From contig CAWANH010000028.1 of assembly GCA_963783375.1 (NCBI GenBank), positions 320,001 through 384,000 of the forward strand: 64,000 nt of DNA, written 5' to 3'. A model generated the notes under the pieces. The model made no database searches and had not been told where the DNA came from. It saw only the letters and a list, made by a program, of their open reading frames with translations. Source of the stretch: Candidatus Eiseniibacteriota bacterium. GTDB taxonomy: Bacteria; Eisenbacteria; RBG-16-71-46; JABDJR01. Shown one piece after another: positions 63,299 to 64,000 of the stretch. Numbering within the stretch: the first letter of the stretch is position 1; every line of letters starts with the position of its first letter. The position numbers were made by a program, and so were the translations under genes.

Positions 63299-63967
63299 GT
63301 GCCCGCCTTCCACGAGAGCGCCGGGGGGGTCTCCCCGGGGACCCGCACCCGGGGGCTCCCGTTCCGGGTCCGCGCCGGAGGCTCGGTGGGCGCGGTGATC
63401 CTCGCCGCCGGCCTCGGCCGAAGGATGGGCGGCCGCCCCAAGGCCCTCCTGGACCTGGACGGAACCACGTTCCTCGAGCGGGTGGCCGCCGCGTGCCGCG
63501 AGGGGGGATGCGGCGCCCTGTGGGCGGTGACCAACCCCGAGGTTCCCGGGATCGACGACCTGGCCGGGACCCTGGGACTTCGCACCGTGCCCAACCCCGA
63601 CTGGTCCCGCGGCATGTTCTCCAGCGTGGTGGAGGGGTTGCGCGAGGCCCTGGCCGACCGGCCGCGCTCCGACGGATTCCTGATCTTTCCGGTCGACCAT
63701 CCGAGAGTCCGGGGCGAGACGGTGGCCCGGCTCCTGGAATCCTTCCGGGTGCGCCCGGCGGGATCGTGGGTGCGGCCCGGTTTCGGGGGGCGGGGCGGCC
63801 ACCCGGTGGTGGTGGATGCGGCCTCGGCCGAGGCGCTCACCGCGATGAACCCGGAGATGGCGCTCCGGGACGCCATGGAGACGATCGGACTCGCCCCGTT
63901 CACGGTGCCGGTGGACGACCCCGGCGTGCTTCGGAACGTGAACACCCCGGAGGATCTGGAGAGCTAG
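63299..63967 (+). CDS. mocA: MocA-like molybdenum cofactor cytidylyltransferase
   Basis: VILAAGLGRRMGGRPKALL, NPDWSRGMFSS, PVDHP, GGHP and NVNTPED; follows xdhC; start uncertain. Confidence 0.75.
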   Translation: MPAFHESAGGVSPGTRTRGLPFRVRAGGSVGAVILAAGLGRRMGGRPKALLDLDGTTFLERVAAACREGGCGALWAVTNPEVPGIDDLAGTLGLRTVPNPDWSRGMFSSVVEGLREALADRPRSDGFLIFPVDHPRVRGETVARLLESFRVRPAGSWVRPGFGGRGGHPVVVDAASAEALTAMNPEMALRDAMETIGLAPFTVPVDDPGVLRNVNTPEDLES

Positions 63968-64000
63968 CCGCCCCGGCGAAAACCGCTATCCAGACATTCT

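Overview
High-GC (roughly 70% by eye) bacterial chromosomal segment. Secreted proteins with FlgD-Ig C-termini and short 'SWxxLKxxY' tails suggest an FCB-related lineage such as Ca. Eisenbacteria or Krumholzibacteriota (inference). Contents in order: a complex I operon that lacks nuoB, D, G and I (nuoA-C-E-F-H-J-K-L-M-N) behind a Rex-like operator; mobA; ktrBA plus an output-less HAMP protein; dsbD-tlpA-yyaL-like genes; moaC-mogA-moeA; an S8 protease; a CesA-like GT2; a two-PDZ protein; a caa3 oxidase plus Rieske/cytochrome bc operon; an ECF sigma / double zinc-finger anti-sigma / secreted LVIVD protein / exported TPR-CHAT protease locus; a large secreted pseudo-protease with a small partner gene; DUF697; an F420-reductase-family gene; GT87; pyk; TIGR04282; a 1.1-kb hierarchical palindromic repeat array; pcnB; a glutamine-synthetase-like gene; xdhC-mocA. 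At least seven genes are frameshifted, most likely from long-read indel errors. No rRNA, tRNA, cas or transposase genes were seen. Best leads are a short C-terminal sorting signal shared by unrelated secreted proteins, the sigma/anti-sigma/CHAT protease module, the 41/120/240-bp higher-order repeat array and the gapped complex I operon. All assignments come from motif recognition by eye; no database searches were run.
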